A DNA stretch of 64,000 nucleotides, taken from positions 2,016,001-2,080,000 of the forward strand of contig CBDCDZ010000004.1 in the NCBI GenBank assembly GCA_965215565.1, given 5' to 3'. Position numbers and translations under genes: made by a program. Of the stretch, positions 41,402 to 52,207 are shown one piece after another. Position 1 is the first letter of the stretch. Each line of letters opens with the position of its first letter. The notes beneath the pieces were generated by a model. That model saw nothing but the letters and a program-made list of their open reading frames with translations, was not told the DNA's origin and ran no database searches. Source of the DNA: Trueperaceae bacterium. GTDB taxonomy: Bacteria > Deinococcota > Deinococci > Deinococcales > Trueperaceae.

Positions 41402-41974
41402 ATGTTTGCTGGACCCGTGCTCCGAGCGGTGGGTGCGCTGCCGCTCTTTTTGCTCGCGGTGACGCTGCAGAGTGCCTTCGGCATCTGGTGGTATCCGGTG
41501 TCGGCGCAACCCGCTTGCGCCGCCGACACGCTCCTCGTCATGGGCGCGGCGCAGTACGACGGGACGCCCTCGCCCGCCTTTGCTAGGAGACTCGACAAAG
41601 CTCTAGACCTGTACAAGCAGGGCTGCGCCGAGCGCGTCGTGGTGACGGGCGGCAAGAGGGAGGGGGACCGCTTCACCGAGGGCGACGCAGGCGCCGCGTA
41701 CCTCTTTGCGCGGGGCGTCCCGGAAGAGGACCTCTTGGCAGAGACGAAGAGCAGGAGCAGTTTTCAAAACCTCAGCCTGAGCCTTCCTCTCATTCGACAC
41801 GACAGCGTCCTCATCGTCACCGACGACATGCACGCCTACCGGACGCAGTGGCTCGCGAGCCACCTAGCACTGGACGCGAGCGTCGCGCCCGTCGAAACGG
41901 GACCGCCCCGCTTGGGCTACGCGCTGCGCGAACTTTCAGGGCTCGTCGCCTACACCTTCGGCGTCTTTCGCTGA
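41402..41974 (+). CDS. YdcF / DUF218 family protein
   Basis: VMGAAQY.G.PS....RL, TGG, E..S.S..QN and VTD..H..R motifs. Confidence 0.85.
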   Translation: MFAGPVLRAVGALPLFLLAVTLQSAFGIWWYPVSAQPACAADTLLVMGAAQYDGTPSPAFARRLDKALDLYKQGCAERVVVTGGKREGDRFTEGDAGAAYLFARGVPEEDLLAETKSRSSFQNLSLSLPLIRHDSVLIVTDDMHAYRTQWLASHLALDASVAPVETGPPRLGYALRELSGLVAYTFGVFR

Positions 41975-41991
41975 CGGCCGGCGTCACCCCT

Positions 41992-42669
41992 ATGATCCGC
42001 AGCGAAACGCTCCAACTTCCCATCTCCTACCGCTATGACCTCGTCATTCCCGAAGAGCCCGCGCCGCTGCTCGTCGCGCTGCACGGTTACGGGCAGAATA
42101 AAGAGGTGGCGCTCCGCTTCGCGCAGCAGGTCCAGAGGCGCACGCAGCGTGACTGGACGCTCGCTGCCCTGCAAGCGCCGCATCCGCACCACATCTATAA
42201 GGAGGACGGTTTGGGCGCAGGCTTTAGCTGGGTCAGCGCGTTCGAGCCCGCCGAGGACGTGCGCAACCACCACCGCTTCTTGTCGCACGTGATAGCGCGC
42301 GCCTATAACGAGGGCTGGACGGACCGTCCCAGCGCCTTTTTGTTCGGCTTCTCGCAGTCGGTGAGCCTGAATTACCGCTTCGCCGCCGCGCATCCCGAGC
42401 GGGTGCGGGGCGTCGTCGCGGTGGCGGGGGCGACGCCGTCGGATTGGGCGAAAGACGAAGCGGTCAGCCTCTCGCCCCCCGCCCTCCACGTCGCGCCGAC
42501 TGAGGATGAGGCGTACCCATTAGAACGGGCTCGAGCCTTTAGAGCGCAGCTAGACGCGAAAGGGGATGACGTGACCTGGTCCGAGTTGCCGGGCAAGCAC
42601 CGCGTTCCGAGCGCGGCGTATCCGCTCATCGCAAGGTGGTTGGAGGAGAGGTTGGCTCGGGGCAGTTGA
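41992..42669 (+). CDS. Alpha/beta hydrolase (phospholipase/carboxylesterase-like)
   Basis: ALHGYG, nucleophile elbow GFSQ, Asp in TEDE and His in GKH. Confidence 0.85.
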   Translation: MIRSETLQLPISYRYDLVIPEEPAPLLVALHGYGQNKEVALRFAQQVQRRTQRDWTLAALQAPHPHHIYKEDGLGAGFSWVSAFEPAEDVRNHHRFLSHVIARAYNEGWTDRPSAFLFGFSQSVSLNYRFAAAHPERVRGVVAVAGATPSDWAKDEAVSLSPPALHVAPTEDEAYPLERARAFRAQLDAKGDDVTWSELPGKHRVPSAAYPLIARWLEERLARGS

Positions 42670-42677
42670 ACCTTTGG

Positions 42678-42794
42678 GTAGTGGGTAGGGGCTCGTGGTA
42701 AATGACGCAGGTGTCAAAACAAGGGGTTGAAACCCCTTGTTCATCCCATCGAGATAACAAAAGGAGCACGAGGTAGCCGTCTTAAACCCACGAC
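42678..42794. mobile_element. MITE family B copy 2
   Basis: CAGGTGTCAAAACAAGGGGTTGAAACCCCTTGTTCATC is identical to the reverse complement of copy 1. Confidence 0.75.
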
Positions 42795-42883
42795 TCTATG
42801 TGACAGATTTAGATTTGTGTAACAGACCTCTTCTCCGTGCGGCGTTGGACAAAAGAGAGGCGTTTCCGCTAAACTTAGGCATA

Positions 42884-42937
42884 GTGAATCGCTCGAGAAC
42901 ACCGCGCAGTTTCAAATGGCATCACCAACGCTGGTAG
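42884..42937 (+). CDS. Trp operon leader peptide (MNRSRTPRSFKWHHQRW)
   Basis: 17-codon ORF with two Trp codons, directly after TGGACA-N18-TAAACT and upstream of trpB. Followed by a GCTCTTAGC / GCTAAGAGC stem. Confidence 0.7.
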   Translation: MNRSRTPRSFKWHHQRW

Positions 42938-43047
42938 TGCTAGAAGCCGTTAGCTCTTAGCGGTCAACTCCTAGCTAAAAGCTAAGAGCCGTTTGTAAGT
43001 TTCCACACTTCATATCAATAAAAACCAACCCTTTACCGGAGGTTTTC

Positions 43048-44265
43048 ATGTTCCCCCTGCCCAACGCGCGCGGGCGCTACGGCGAATTCGGCGGACGCTA
43101 CGTCCCTGAAACGCTCATCCCCGCTCTAGACGAACTCACCGAAGCGTACGACAACGCTGCTGCCGACGCTGACTTTCAAGCCGAATTTCGGCATTATTTA
43201 GAAACGTTTGTCGGACGTCCCAGCCTACTCTACTTGGCGGAAAATCTGACGAAGCACTGCGGCGGCGCGAAAATCTACCTCAAGCGCGAAGACTTGAACC
43301 ACACAGGCGCGCACAAGATCAACAACACCGTCGGGCAGGCGCTTTTAGCGAAAAAGCTCGGCAAGGCGCGCGTCATCGCGGAGACGGGCGCGGGACAGCA
43401 CGGCGTGGCGACGGCGACGGCAGCGGCGTTGTTCGGTTTGGAGTGCGTCGTCTACATGGGCGAAGAGGACGTGCGGCGGCAAGCGCTGAACGTCTTTCGG
43501 ATGAAGCTTTTGGGCGCGGAGGTGCGCGAGGTCACGAGCGGCACGCGCACGCTCAAAGACGCGACGAACGAGGCCATTCGCGATTGGGTCACAAACGTGA
43601 GGGACACCTTTTACATCATCGGCTCGGTGGTGGGACCGCACCCGTACCCGAAGATCGTGCGCGACTTTCAGAGCGTGATCGGGCTCGAGACGATGAGCCA
43701 ACTTCAAGCGAGAGAGGGGCGGCGCACCCCGGACGCCGTCGTCGCGTGCGTCGGCGGCGGCTCGAACGCCATCGGACTTTTTGCCCCTTACGCTTATATG
43801 GACGACGCCGAGCGCCCTAAACTCTACGGCGTCGAGGCGGCGGGGCACGGCGTCGGCACGCTCTCGCACGCGGCGAGCATCTCGGCAGGTAAAAAGGGCG
43901 TGCTACACGGCGCGCTCATGTACCTGATGAGCGACGGCGACGGGCAGATTTCGCCCGCGCACTCCGTCTCGGCGGGGCTCGACTACCCCGGCGTCGGACC
44001 GGAGCACTCGTACTACGCGGACGCGGGATTGGCGCAGTACGTCGGCGTGGACGACGCGCAAGCGCTAGAAGCGTTTCGGACGCTGAGCGAGATCGAGGGC
44101 ATCATCCCCGCCTTGGAAACGGCGCACGCCGTCTACTTCGCGACGCAACTCGCGCCCAAGATGTCCCCTGACGAAGTCATCGTCGTCAACCTCTCGGGGC
44201 GCGGCGACAAGGATGTAAACGAGGCGATGCGCGTGCTCAAGATGGGCGAAGAGGTAGCGTCGTGA
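43048..44265 (+). CDS. trpB: Tryptophan synthase beta
   Basis: [33 protein letters not shown] and [11 protein letters not shown] motifs. Confidence 0.98.
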   Translation: MFPLPNARGRYGEFGGRYVPETLIPALDELTEAYDNAAADADFQAEFRHYLETFVGRPSLLYLAENLTKHCGGAKIYLKREDLNHTGAHKINNTVGQALLAKKLGKARVIAETGAGQHGVATATAAALFGLECVVYMGEEDVRRQALNVFRMKLLGAEVREVTSGTRTLKDATNEAIRDWVTNVRDTFYIIGSVVGPHPYPKIVRDFQSVIGLETMSQLQAREGRRTPDAVVACVGGGSNAIGLFAPYAYMDDAERPKLYGVEAAGHGVGTLSHAASISAGKKGVLHGALMYLMSDGDGQISPAHSVSAGLDYPGVGPEHSYYADAGLAQYVGVDDAQALEAFRTLSEIEGIIPALETAHAVYFATQLAPKMSPDEVIVVNLSGRGDKDVNEAMRVLKMGEEVAS

Positions 44266-45062
44266 GCCGCATCGACGCCGCTTTTGAACGCGCGAAAAGC
44301 GAAGGGCGCGCCGCCTTTGTACCCTTCTTGACTGCTGGCTATCCCGATGAAACGACGTTTTTAGAGGCGGCAAGGGCTCTCTTAGAAGTCGCTGACGTTT
44401 TAGAGGTCGGGCTGCCGTACTCCGATCCGCTAGGTGATGGTCCCACCATTCAGCGCTCCTCGGAGCAGGTTTTAGGGCAGGGGATGACCACGCAAAAGAC
44501 CCTGGGCCTCATCAGCGAACTACGTAAGTCGAGCGACAAAGCCATTGTGATGATGACGTATTACAACCCCATCTACTGCTATGAGCGCGGCGAGACAGGT
44601 TTCATGGAGGACCTCAAGGCGTCGGGCGCAGACGGCGTCATCTTGCCCGACCTGCCGCCCGACGAGGGCGACACGCTCATCCAAGCGGCGCGGGACAACG
44701 ACTTGGACACGGTCTTCTTGGTTGCGCCCACCTCGACAGAAGCGCGGCTCGAGCTTGTCACTGGGGCGTGCCGCGGCTTTATCTATGCCGTCTCCGTGAC
44801 AGGGGTAACGGGCGCGAGAGAGGCGCTGCCCGCTGACGTGCCCAACCTGGTCTCGAGGGTCAGAGCCGTGAGCGATTTGCCCGTCGCCGTAGGCTTCGGC
44901 GTCGCGAACGCACAGACCGCCAAGCCCGTCGCCGCCGTCGCGGACGGCGTCGTCGTCGGCTCAGCGTTGATTGCGGGTCTAGCGCAAAACCGAGACATCC
45001 GCCCGCTCGCGCAAGAGATTGCGCAGGCGTGTCGGAAAGAGGTGGCGGTGGAGGTTTTGTAA
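44262..45062 (+). CDS. trpA: Tryptophan synthase alpha
   Basis: [33 protein letters not shown] and DGVVVGSA motifs. Confidence 0.97.
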   Translation: MSRIDAAFERAKSEGRAAFVPFLTAGYPDETTFLEAARALLEVADVLEVGLPYSDPLGDGPTIQRSSEQVLGQGMTTQKTLGLISELRKSSDKAIVMMTYYNPIYCYERGETGFMEDLKASGADGVILPDLPPDEGDTLIQAARDNDLDTVFLVAPTSTEARLELVTGACRGFIYAVSVTGVTGAREALPADVPNLVSRVRAVSDLPVAVGFGVANAQTAKPVAAVADGVVVGSALIAGLAQNRDIRPLAQEIAQACRKEVAVEVL

Positions 45063-45121
45063 GAATAGGGAGACGAGTTACGTTTTCAGAGAAGTCAGGG
45101 TTCAAAACCATTCGTTCGTGA

Positions 45122-45275
45122 CTAGGCTCTGTTGACTTTTCAAACTGTCCTCTATAAGGCTTGCCTTTTTGCACGCAAGAAGTAGGAAGCAAGAAGACCA
45201 TAGAGCACATAGGTTTACCTTGTCTGTGGGGGCGATGAGCAACGTTCTCAAAGGGCAAATGTCAACACAACCTAG
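45122..45275. mobile_element. MITE family C with IS5-like terminal inverted repeats
   Basis: Imperfect 19-bp inverted repeat CTAGGCTCTGTTGACTTTT / AAATGTCAACACAACCTAG around an AT-richer interior. Confidence 0.6.
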
Positions 45276-45356
45276 AGGAAATCCTCTGAGGTTTCGCAAG
45301 ATTACACGATCAGCTCGACTGAATCCATCAGCGCTTTTATACTGGCTACCGCACCC

Positions 45357-45977
45357 TCAAAACGCCTCTCGCACCGACACCTCGTCCCCCAGACGGCGGT
45401 ACGCCTCTTCGGACAGGAGCAAGTCGGCGTTGGTCACGTCGCCGCTCACGACGCGCACCAAAAGGGGTTGGCTCCGCTCGGAGCGCAAGAGCAGGAGTTG
45501 CCCCGGCTCGTGAAAGCGCGAGGCGATCTGAAAACCGCTCAAGCTCGCCGAGGGCGCGGCGCTGAGGCGCTCGGGCGCAGCGCTAAGCAGTTCTAGTCGG
45601 ACCCTAGCCGTGCCGCTGCCAATCATATTGATGCGCTCCGCCGCCGCCCTCGAGAGGTCGATGACGCGCCGCCCCACGAAGGGTCCCCTGTCGTTGATGC
45701 GCACCACCACGCTGCGCCCATTTCCCAGATGCGTCACCCGCACGAGCGTGTCGAAAGGCAGCGTCTGGTGCGCCGCTGTAAGTTGCGAGGGATCGAAGAT
45801 TTCGCCGTTGGCGGTGGGACGCCCAACGAAGTTCGGTCCGTACCAAGACGCCGTGCCGTCCTGATAAAAGGTGGCAGCGCCCGCGGTTGTGCTTGCCGGA
45901 TTAGACGTAGCGGAGCGCGTCTGCGGGGCGCAGGCGATGAGGCTGAGCAAGAGGATAAGGGGCAAGATGCGGTTCAT
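45357..45977 (-). CDS. rlpA: RlpA family lipoprotein (DPBB lytic transglycosylase)
   Basis: Lipobox LIAC plus G.ASWYG, TANGE, TAAH.TLP and VRINDRGP...R.IDLS. Confidence 0.92.
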   Translation of the reverse strand: MNRILPLILLLSLIACAPQTRSATSNPASTTAGAATFYQDGTASWYGPNFVGRPTANGEIFDPSQLTAAHQTLPFDTLVRVTHLGNGRSVVVRINDRGPFVGRRVIDLSRAAAERINMIGSGTARVRLELLSAAPERLSAAPSASLSGFQIASRFHEPGQLLLLRSERSQPLLVRVVSGDVTNADLLLSEEAYRRLGDEVSVREAF

Positions 45978-46146
45978 ACGCCACTATACCTAGTGGTCGA
46001 GCGGTTGAGATTAGGACTAGGTAGGGTTACGCTTTCGTGACCGTATTGCTTTCGTCCTCTCCCTAAAAGTCCGTGTCAGGCGAGAGGTTCGCTATTCGGC
46101 CGCCCGACAGCAAAAACGCAGCGGTCAGGAAACCGCTGCGTCAAGA

Positions 46147-46262
46147 GGTAGTGGCTTTATCTGGAGTGATACAGGTCCTAAAGCAAGGGGTTGAAACCCC
46201 TTGCCCATCACGCGGAGACAGCAGAAGAATCACACGGTAGCGTTCGACTTAGGACCACTACC
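46147..46262. mobile_element. MITE family B copy 3
   Basis: Ends GGTAGTGG / CCACTACC with central GCAAGGGGTTGAAACCCCTTGC. Confidence 0.75.
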
Positions 46263-46321
46263 CGTCAAGAAAATATCCGCTCGAGTTAAGGGCAGTTTGT
46301 ACAAGACACCTCAACCTCTCA

Positions 46322-46513
46322 CTACATCCAGAGCCGACGCGCCAACTCCTGCTGGGCGAGCACGAACGCCTCGTAATCCTCGATGCGGGCGGTACCTTCG
46401 GAGATAGATTCCTCGCACGTCGCGATGACTTCGCGTAATTCCTGATTGGAGAGCTGCGGGATGCTCTCATGAACGTTGCTCGGACCGATGTTAAATTCAC
46501 TGTGTTGAACCAT
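46322..46513 (-). CDS. Small hypothetical helical protein (63 aa)
   Basis: Strong Shine-Dalgarno AAGGGAGG 8 nt before the ATG. Confidence 0.6.
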   Translation of the reverse strand: MVQHSEFNIGPSNVHESIPQLSNQELREVIATCEESISEGTARIEDYEAFVLAQQELARRLWM

Positions 46514-46645
46514 AGACCTTGCCTCCCTTGGTACCTAGAGAGTAGCAGAGTGATTCTTACACAATTCTCACAAAGAGATTTTAGGGCTTTAATGTTCCTT
46601 CATTGCGGGTTGGACGAGGGTAAGGGTCAACCAGGTTTGACTTTA

Positions 46646-46780
46646 TAGCAAGTATCATTTGGTTTGAGCCAATCTGAGAGGAGAGCGCACGCTTGCCAGG
46701 CAGCAAACTTGCGTAACTAGCACGCACTTAATTGTGATGATACTTGCGTGATTCAAGCTCAGTACTTACATTAGTTGCTT
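46646..46780 (+). mobile_element. MITE family A copy; distal end approximate
   Basis: Starts TAGCAAGTATCATTTGGT after TA and contains AGGCAGCAAACTTGCGTAACTAGCACGCAC, as at 17697. Confidence 0.7.
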
Positions 46781-46973
46781 CATAGCGCTCTAGTTGGGGC
46801 GCAGGATAAGGGCAGAGGGTTGTCAAGGGTTGGTCACGCCCTCGAGCCTGCTCCACTATCCCTAGCCGCCTCTTTCTCTAATCGACAACCGACTAACCTG
46901 AGTTCGAACAACGTCTCGCATAATTCTTCGCAGGCAAAAGCTGGAGCTACACAAGGCCATGTATGCTAGCCCT

Positions 46974-47732
46974 ATGATCGATACCCACTGTCACCTCGAC
47001 TACTGTGAAGACCCCGAACGCGCTGCCGACGCAGGTTTAGACGCCATCGTCAGCGTCGGCACGACCTTAGAGCGCTGCAAGAGGACGCTGCAACTCGCTG
47101 AGAAGTTCGAGCATGTGTGGGCGGCGGTAGGCATCCATCCGAACGACGTAGAGGAGGCGGCTGAACCTCTTATCCGCGAGCAGATTGAAGCGCTCGCGCG
47201 TCACCCCAAAGTCGTCGCCATCGGCGAGACGGGCGTAGACACTTACTGGGACAAGCACCCCGTCGCGCTGCAGCGCGAGAGCTTCGCCTGGCAAGCCGAA
47301 CTCGCTAAGCGGTTGGACAAACCGCTCATCTTGCACGTGCGCGACAAAAAGGGATTGGAGGACGCCTCTTTAGAGGCGGCTCACCTCATCACCGAAGCCG
47401 CGCATCCCAAAGGTATTTTGCATTGCTTCAACGGTCACGAGGGACTGCTGGAGGCGGGGCTGGCGCTCGGCTGGTACGTCTCTTTCGCGGGCAACCTTAC
47501 CTACAAAAACGCCAAGCCGATTCAAGCCGCCGCCAAGCGTGTTCCGCACGAACGGCTCCTTGTCGAGACGGACAGCCCCTACCTCACGCCGCGGGCGAAG
47601 CGCGGCGAGCGTAACGTTCCAGGGAACGTGCGGCTCACCGCCCGGTTTCTAGCGGAGCTGCGCGGGGAGAGTTTGGCGAGCACCGAAGAGGTGACCGACG
47701 CCAACGCGAGGCGCGTGTACAGTCTGCCTTGA
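46974..47732 (+). CDS. tatD: TatD family hydrolase/nuclease
   Basis: IDTHCHL, GIHP, AIGETG.D, LH.R, HCF and ETDSPYL motifs. Confidence 0.92.
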   Translation: MIDTHCHLDYCEDPERAADAGLDAIVSVGTTLERCKRTLQLAEKFEHVWAAVGIHPNDVEEAAEPLIREQIEALARHPKVVAIGETGVDTYWDKHPVALQRESFAWQAELAKRLDKPLILHVRDKKGLEDASLEAAHLITEAAHPKGILHCFNGHEGLLEAGLALGWYVSFAGNLTYKNAKPIQAAAKRVPHERLLVETDSPYLTPRAKRGERNVPGNVRLTARFLAELRGESLASTEEVTDANARRVYSLP

Positions 47733-47917
47733 CGTTCGAATTTGAGCAGAACGGCGAAGCTGCGCGCGTGTCGCACCGGGTTGAGTACGGTGTATTCTCT
47801 TGCAAGATGTTTCTAGGTATTTGCATACTCTTTACAGCCTGATAAACGATGCTTTAGGATAAACCTGCAACAGCTTAGAGAAATTAGGTGCAGGTCTCGA
47901 GCCCAAGGGAGAAGAGG

Positions 47918-49648
47918 ATGAACCTATCTGTTCAGGCGTTAATCGCGTTTACGCCCATCCTAGCCGCTGCGGTTATGCTCGTCGGGCTGCGCTGGCCCGC
48001 CCGCTTTGCCATGCCAATCGTTTACGTTGTAGCGGCGATTCTCGCGCTGGCGGTGTGGGGCGTGCCTTTCGCGCAGGTCGCCGCTTCGACAGTCGAAGGG
48101 CTCTTTATCACCTTCGACATCTTGTTCATCATCTTCGGGGCGATCTTACTTTTGAACGCGCTCGAGCAGTCCGGCGCGATCCAGACCATTCGGGCGAACT
48201 TCGTCAGTATCAGCACCGACCGGCGGGTCCAGATCGTCATCATCGCCTGGCTCTTCGGCTCCTTTTTGGAGGGCGCGGCGGGCTTCGGCACCGCCGCCGC
48301 CATCGCCGCGCCCCTCATGGTCGCGCTCGGCTTTCCGGCGATGGCGGCCGTGGTCGTCGGCATGATGATCCAGAGCACGCCCGTGACCTTCGGCGCGATC
48401 GGCACGCCTATCGTCATCGGCGTGACGGGCGGGCTAGAAAGCTCGCAAGCTACGGCTCAGTTGGAGGCGGCCGGGGTCTCCTTCGACAGCTATTTGCAAC
48501 TCGTCACGGCGGAGTCCGCCATCATTCACGGCATCGTCGGCACGCTCATTCCCCTTTTCATGGTGATGATGGTAACGCGCTTTTTCGGCAAAAACGATTC
48601 GTGGACCGAAGGGCTGTCCATCGCGCCCTTCGCAATTTTTGGCGGGCTCGCCTTTACGGTTCCCTACATGCTTACGGGCATCTTTTTAGGGCCGGAGTTC
48701 CCCTCGCTCATTGGCTCACTAGTCGGTCTCGCTATCGTCACTTTTGCGGCGCAACGCGGCTTTTTGTTGCCGGAGGATACCTGGGACTTTCCGCCCAGGG
48801 ACGAGTGGAGCGAGCGCTGGCTCGGCAGCATAGAAGATCAACTCGACACCACCACCGAAAAGGTCATGTCCACCTGGATGGCGTGGACGCCCTACGTACT
48901 CCTCGCCCTGCTCCTGGTCGCGAGCCGCATCATCACGCCCTTTAAGGACGCGCTGCAAGCCCCGACATTCAACCTGCCGAACCTCTTCGGTACGGAGATT
49001 ACACCCGCAACCTCGCCGCTCTACTTGCCCGGTTTTATCCTTATCATCGTCGTCGCGATTACCTTTTTCTTGCACCGCATGTCAGGTGAAGGGCTCAGCA
49101 AAGCCGTGCGCACCTCGGGGCAGACCCTCCTGGGCGCGGGCGTCGTCCTCGTCTTCACCGTGCCGATGGTGCGCATCTATATCAATTCGGACATGAACGC
49201 GGCTGACTTAGCGAGTATGCCCGTGGCGATGGGCGAGTGGGTCGCGCTGGTCGCGGGCGGCGTGTGGCCCTTTTTCGCGCCGACGATTGGTGCATTAGGC
49301 GCGTTCATCGCAGGCAGCAACACGATCAGCAACCTCATGTTTAGCTTGTTCCAGTTCAGTGTGGCGCAGCAGCTCGCGGTTTCTACAGCGGTCGTGGTGG
49401 CGCTGCAAGCGGTGGGCGCGGCGGCGGGCAACATGATTGCGATTCACAACGTGGTGGCGGCGTCCGCGACGGTGGGGCTTTTAGACCGAGAAGGTGACGT
49501 GCTGCGCCGGACGATTTTGCCGACGATTTACTACGTTGTCTTTGCAGGGATTTTGGGGATGGTTGCGATTTACCTCTTGGGCGTTTCTGCGCCCGAACTA
49601 GGCGGAGCGCAAGCGGCGGCGGAGGTATCGGCTCGGCCATCGCCGTAG
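47918..49648 (+). CDS. L-lactate permease family transporter
   Basis: [38 protein letters not shown] and Q.VG.A.GNM motifs. Confidence 0.92.
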   Translation: MNLSVQALIAFTPILAAAVMLVGLRWPARFAMPIVYVVAAILALAVWGVPFAQVAASTVEGLFITFDILFIIFGAILLLNALEQSGAIQTIRANFVSISTDRRVQIVIIAWLFGSFLEGAAGFGTAAAIAAPLMVALGFPAMAAVVVGMMIQSTPVTFGAIGTPIVIGVTGGLESSQATAQLEAAGVSFDSYLQLVTAESAIIHGIVGTLIPLFMVMMVTRFFGKNDSWTEGLSIAPFAIFGGLAFTVPYMLTGIFLGPEFPSLIGSLVGLAIVTFAAQRGFLLPEDTWDFPPRDEWSERWLGSIEDQLDTTTEKVMSTWMAWTPYVLLALLLVASRIITPFKDALQAPTFNLPNLFGTEITPATSPLYLPGFILIIVVAITFFLHRMSGEGLSKAVRTSGQTLLGAGVVLVFTVPMVRIYINSDMNAADLASMPVAMGEWVALVAGGVWPFFAPTIGALGAFIAGSNTISNLMFSLFQFSVAQQLAVSTAVVVALQAVGAAAGNMIAIHNVVAASATVGLLDREGDVLRRTILPTIYYVVFAGILGMVAIYLLGVSAPELGGAQAAAEVSARPSP

Positions 49649-49761
49649 CGATAAGCTGGTCAGTGGGAGCGATTCATGAACTATACACCGCGCAAACGAA
49701 ATGTTTGGAGCGAGCAGTGTAGAAAGTATAAGTACCGTGAGTTCAGAAAGAGAACAAGAGG

Positions 49762-50025
49762 TTAAAGTTTTTTGCCTGCCCATTCCTCAAGGCAGCAAAA
49801 GAACATTACCGACAAATTTCCGCTAGACCAATCCACAAAGCGTTCTGTTTCATTGTCATTTAGAACACGAGAGGTCGTCAAGTTGAGGTTGGCAGCCTCT
49901 TTCTCAATCATCCAAAAAGGCGTGCCTCCGTCATTAGTGAATAACTGAGGACGTATTACAACAACATCGCTCTCATGCCAGAACTTATCGCCTTCCCACG
50001 CCTCTCTAACTGCCCTACTGACCAT
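49762..50025 (-). CDS. Short hypothetical ORF / gene remnant in a low-GC patch
   Basis: ATG downstream of GGAGG. The composition is unlike the neighbouring genes and no motif is recognised. Confidence 0.3.
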   Translation of the reverse strand: MVSRAVREAWEGDKFWHESDVVVIRPQLFTNDGGTPFWMIEKEAANLNLTTSRVLNDNETERFVDWSSGNLSVMFFCCLEEWAGKKL

Positions 50026-50193
50026 AGCTAGCCGTCGCCCTCCGTATATATTGGGATGTCGAGAACAGGGCTCTCCTATGTAACGCATTGAGAAAAGTTT
50101 AGCACGAAGTTTCATCGCTGAACGGTGCAAAAGCTGTACAGAACGCTTGAATATGATCATGTGAGTGAGATTCGTGAACCTCTCCTACTCCAC

Positions 50194-52116
50194 TTAATCC
50201 GCCGCCTGTGACCTCTCCTGATACTGCAACTCGTAGAGCTTGCGGTAGTACCCCTCTTCTTCTAACAGCTCGAAGTGGTTGCCCTGCTCGATCAACTTGC
50301 CCTTTTTCATGACCATGATGCGGTCGGCGTCTTGGATGGTCGATAAGCGGTGCGCGATGATGATGCTCGTGCGCCCTTGCATGAGCTTCTCCAAGGCGTC
50401 TTGGATAAGCTCCTCGGTTTCGGTGTCTACGTTGGCGGTGGCTTCGTCTAAAACCAAGAGGATGTCAGGATTTTGGACCAAAGCCCTGGCGAACGCAATA
50501 AGCTGCTTTTGCCCTGTGGAGAACCCCGCACCTCTTTCCAACACTGGGCTGTCATAGCCTTGCGGCAACTTTTCGATAAAGCCGTGCGCGTTGACGAACT
50601 TAGCAGCTTTGACGACGCGCTCTAAAGGAATCGAATCGTCATTGAGCGTGATGTTGCTCCTTACCGTGCCGCTGAACAAGAACGGGTCTTGCAAGACGAT
50701 ACCCACGTGCCGCCGCAGTTCGATTTGGTCGTAGTCGCGCACGTCCTTGCCATCGATTTTGATAGACCCGCGCTGCACGTCGTAAAAGCGGCTCACGAGG
50801 CTGATGATCGTTGTCTTACCTGCGCCTGTATGCCCAACGAAGGCGACGGACTCCCCTGGCTCAATCGTGAAGTTCAGGTCGCGCAGCACCCACTCGTCCT
50901 CTTGGTAGGCGAACGACACATCTTCGAACTTGATCTCGCCACGGAACTTGCTCTCGAAGTGGGCGGGGTCGGGGCGGTTCGTGACCGCTTCGGGCGTGTC
51001 CAAAAGTTGAAAGATACGTTCAGACGACGCCATCGCTGCCTGCAAGATGTTGTAGCGGTCGCTCAGGTTCTGGATCGGGCGGAAGAAGTCCCCGGAGTAC
51101 TGCAAAAACGCCGTCAGCACGCCAATCGTCACCGCGCCCCCTGCGTTAGGTCCTAAAATCTGCGTCGCGCCGTAAAAGAGAATCATCGCCGTAGCGAGTG
51201 CGCCGATGAGTTGCACCGTCGGGAAGAAAAGGCTGAACCATCTGACCTGCTCGATGTAGGCGTCTAAAAGGCGCAAGTTCATCTCGTCGAAGCGCTTTTG
51301 GTTGCGCTCCTCGCGGTTGAAAAGCTGAATCGTCTTCATCCCCGAGAGGTTTTCAGACAAGTACGAGTTCGAGCGCGACAAGCGAAGTCGCACGGCGCGG
51401 TAAGCATCGCGGATGCGCTTGCGCACGTAGTTGAGGATGAAGTAGAGCACGGGCATCACCGTCAGGGTGATGAGCGCGAGCTGCCAGTTGATGCTGAACA
51501 TGTAGACCGTCAAGCCGATCAAGAGACCGAAGTCCGCCACCATGCCCACCACGCCGTCCGTGACCATGCGCTCGATGGCTTCGATGTCGGAGGTGATGCG
51601 GGTGATGAGGCGTCCGACGGGGGTGCGGTCGAAAAAGCCCATGTGCATCCGCTGGACTTTGGAGAAAATCTCCTTGCGGATGTCGTAGATGACGTGCTGC
51701 CCCATCCACGAGACGAGGTAGGTGTAGCCGTAGCGCAGCCCGAAGTTGAGGAGGCGGAGGCCCATGTAGACCGACACAATAACGAGGATGCCCTCGTAGC
51801 GGGCGTCCACCGAGAGGTTGGTGAAAGGCTCGCTGACCGGGCGGATGTAGCGGTCGATGATGAGCGAGATGAGGTAGGGGAAGACGGGGACGATGGCGCT
51901 GTAGACCAAAAGTAAAGCCATCGCACCAAAGACCTGCTTGCGGTAGGGGCGCAAGTAGACGAGTAAGCGCTTGGTGATGTCCCAGTCGAAGGTCTTTTGA
52001 AACGCTTCGCCGTCCTCATCGAAGTCTCCCTCGCGGCGGAGCTGCTTGACGCGCTTTTTACGGTTGCGCTCGGCTTGGCGCTTCATCTCCTCAACGCTGT
52101 AGCTGATTTTAGACAT
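50194..52116 (-). CDS. ABC exporter ATP-binding/permease subunit (degenerate signature)
   Basis: Walker A GHTGAGKT, signature FSTGQKQ and Walker B LDEATA. Confidence 0.95.
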   Translation of the reverse strand: MSKISYSVEEMKRQAERNRKKRVKQLRREGDFDEDGEAFQKTFDWDITKRLLVYLRPYRKQVFGAMALLLVYSAIVPVFPYLISLIIDRYIRPVSEPFTNLSVDARYEGILVIVSVYMGLRLLNFGLRYGYTYLVSWMGQHVIYDIRKEIFSKVQRMHMGFFDRTPVGRLITRITSDIEAIERMVTDGVVGMVADFGLLIGLTVYMFSINWQLALITLTVMPVLYFILNYVRKRIRDAYRAVRLRLSRSNSYLSENLSGMKTIQLFNREERNQKRFDEMNLRLLDAYIEQVRWFSLFFPTVQLIGALATAMILFYGATQILGPNAGGAVTIGVLTAFLQYSGDFFRPIQNLSDRYNILQAAMASSERIFQLLDTPEAVTNRPDPAHFESKFRGEIKFEDVSFAYQEDEWVLRDLNFTIEPGESVAFVGHTGAGKTTIISLVSRFYDVQRGSIKIDGKDVRDYDQIELRRHVGIVLQDPFLFSGTVRSNITLNDDSIPLERVVKAAKFVNAHGFIEKLPQGYDSPVLERGAGFSTGQKQLIAFARALVQNPDILLVLDEATANVDTETEELIQDALEKLMQGRTSIIIAHRLSTIQDADRIMVMKKGKLIEQGNHFELLEEEGYYRKLYELQYQERSQAAD

Positions 52117-52207
52117 AACGTTCTCCTGTCGAACGTGATTGCATTAGGTTTCTTTTACTGAGAATTGGGGGTGCGAGCGCGTCCAGACGCGCTCGCACCT
52201 CAACCCC

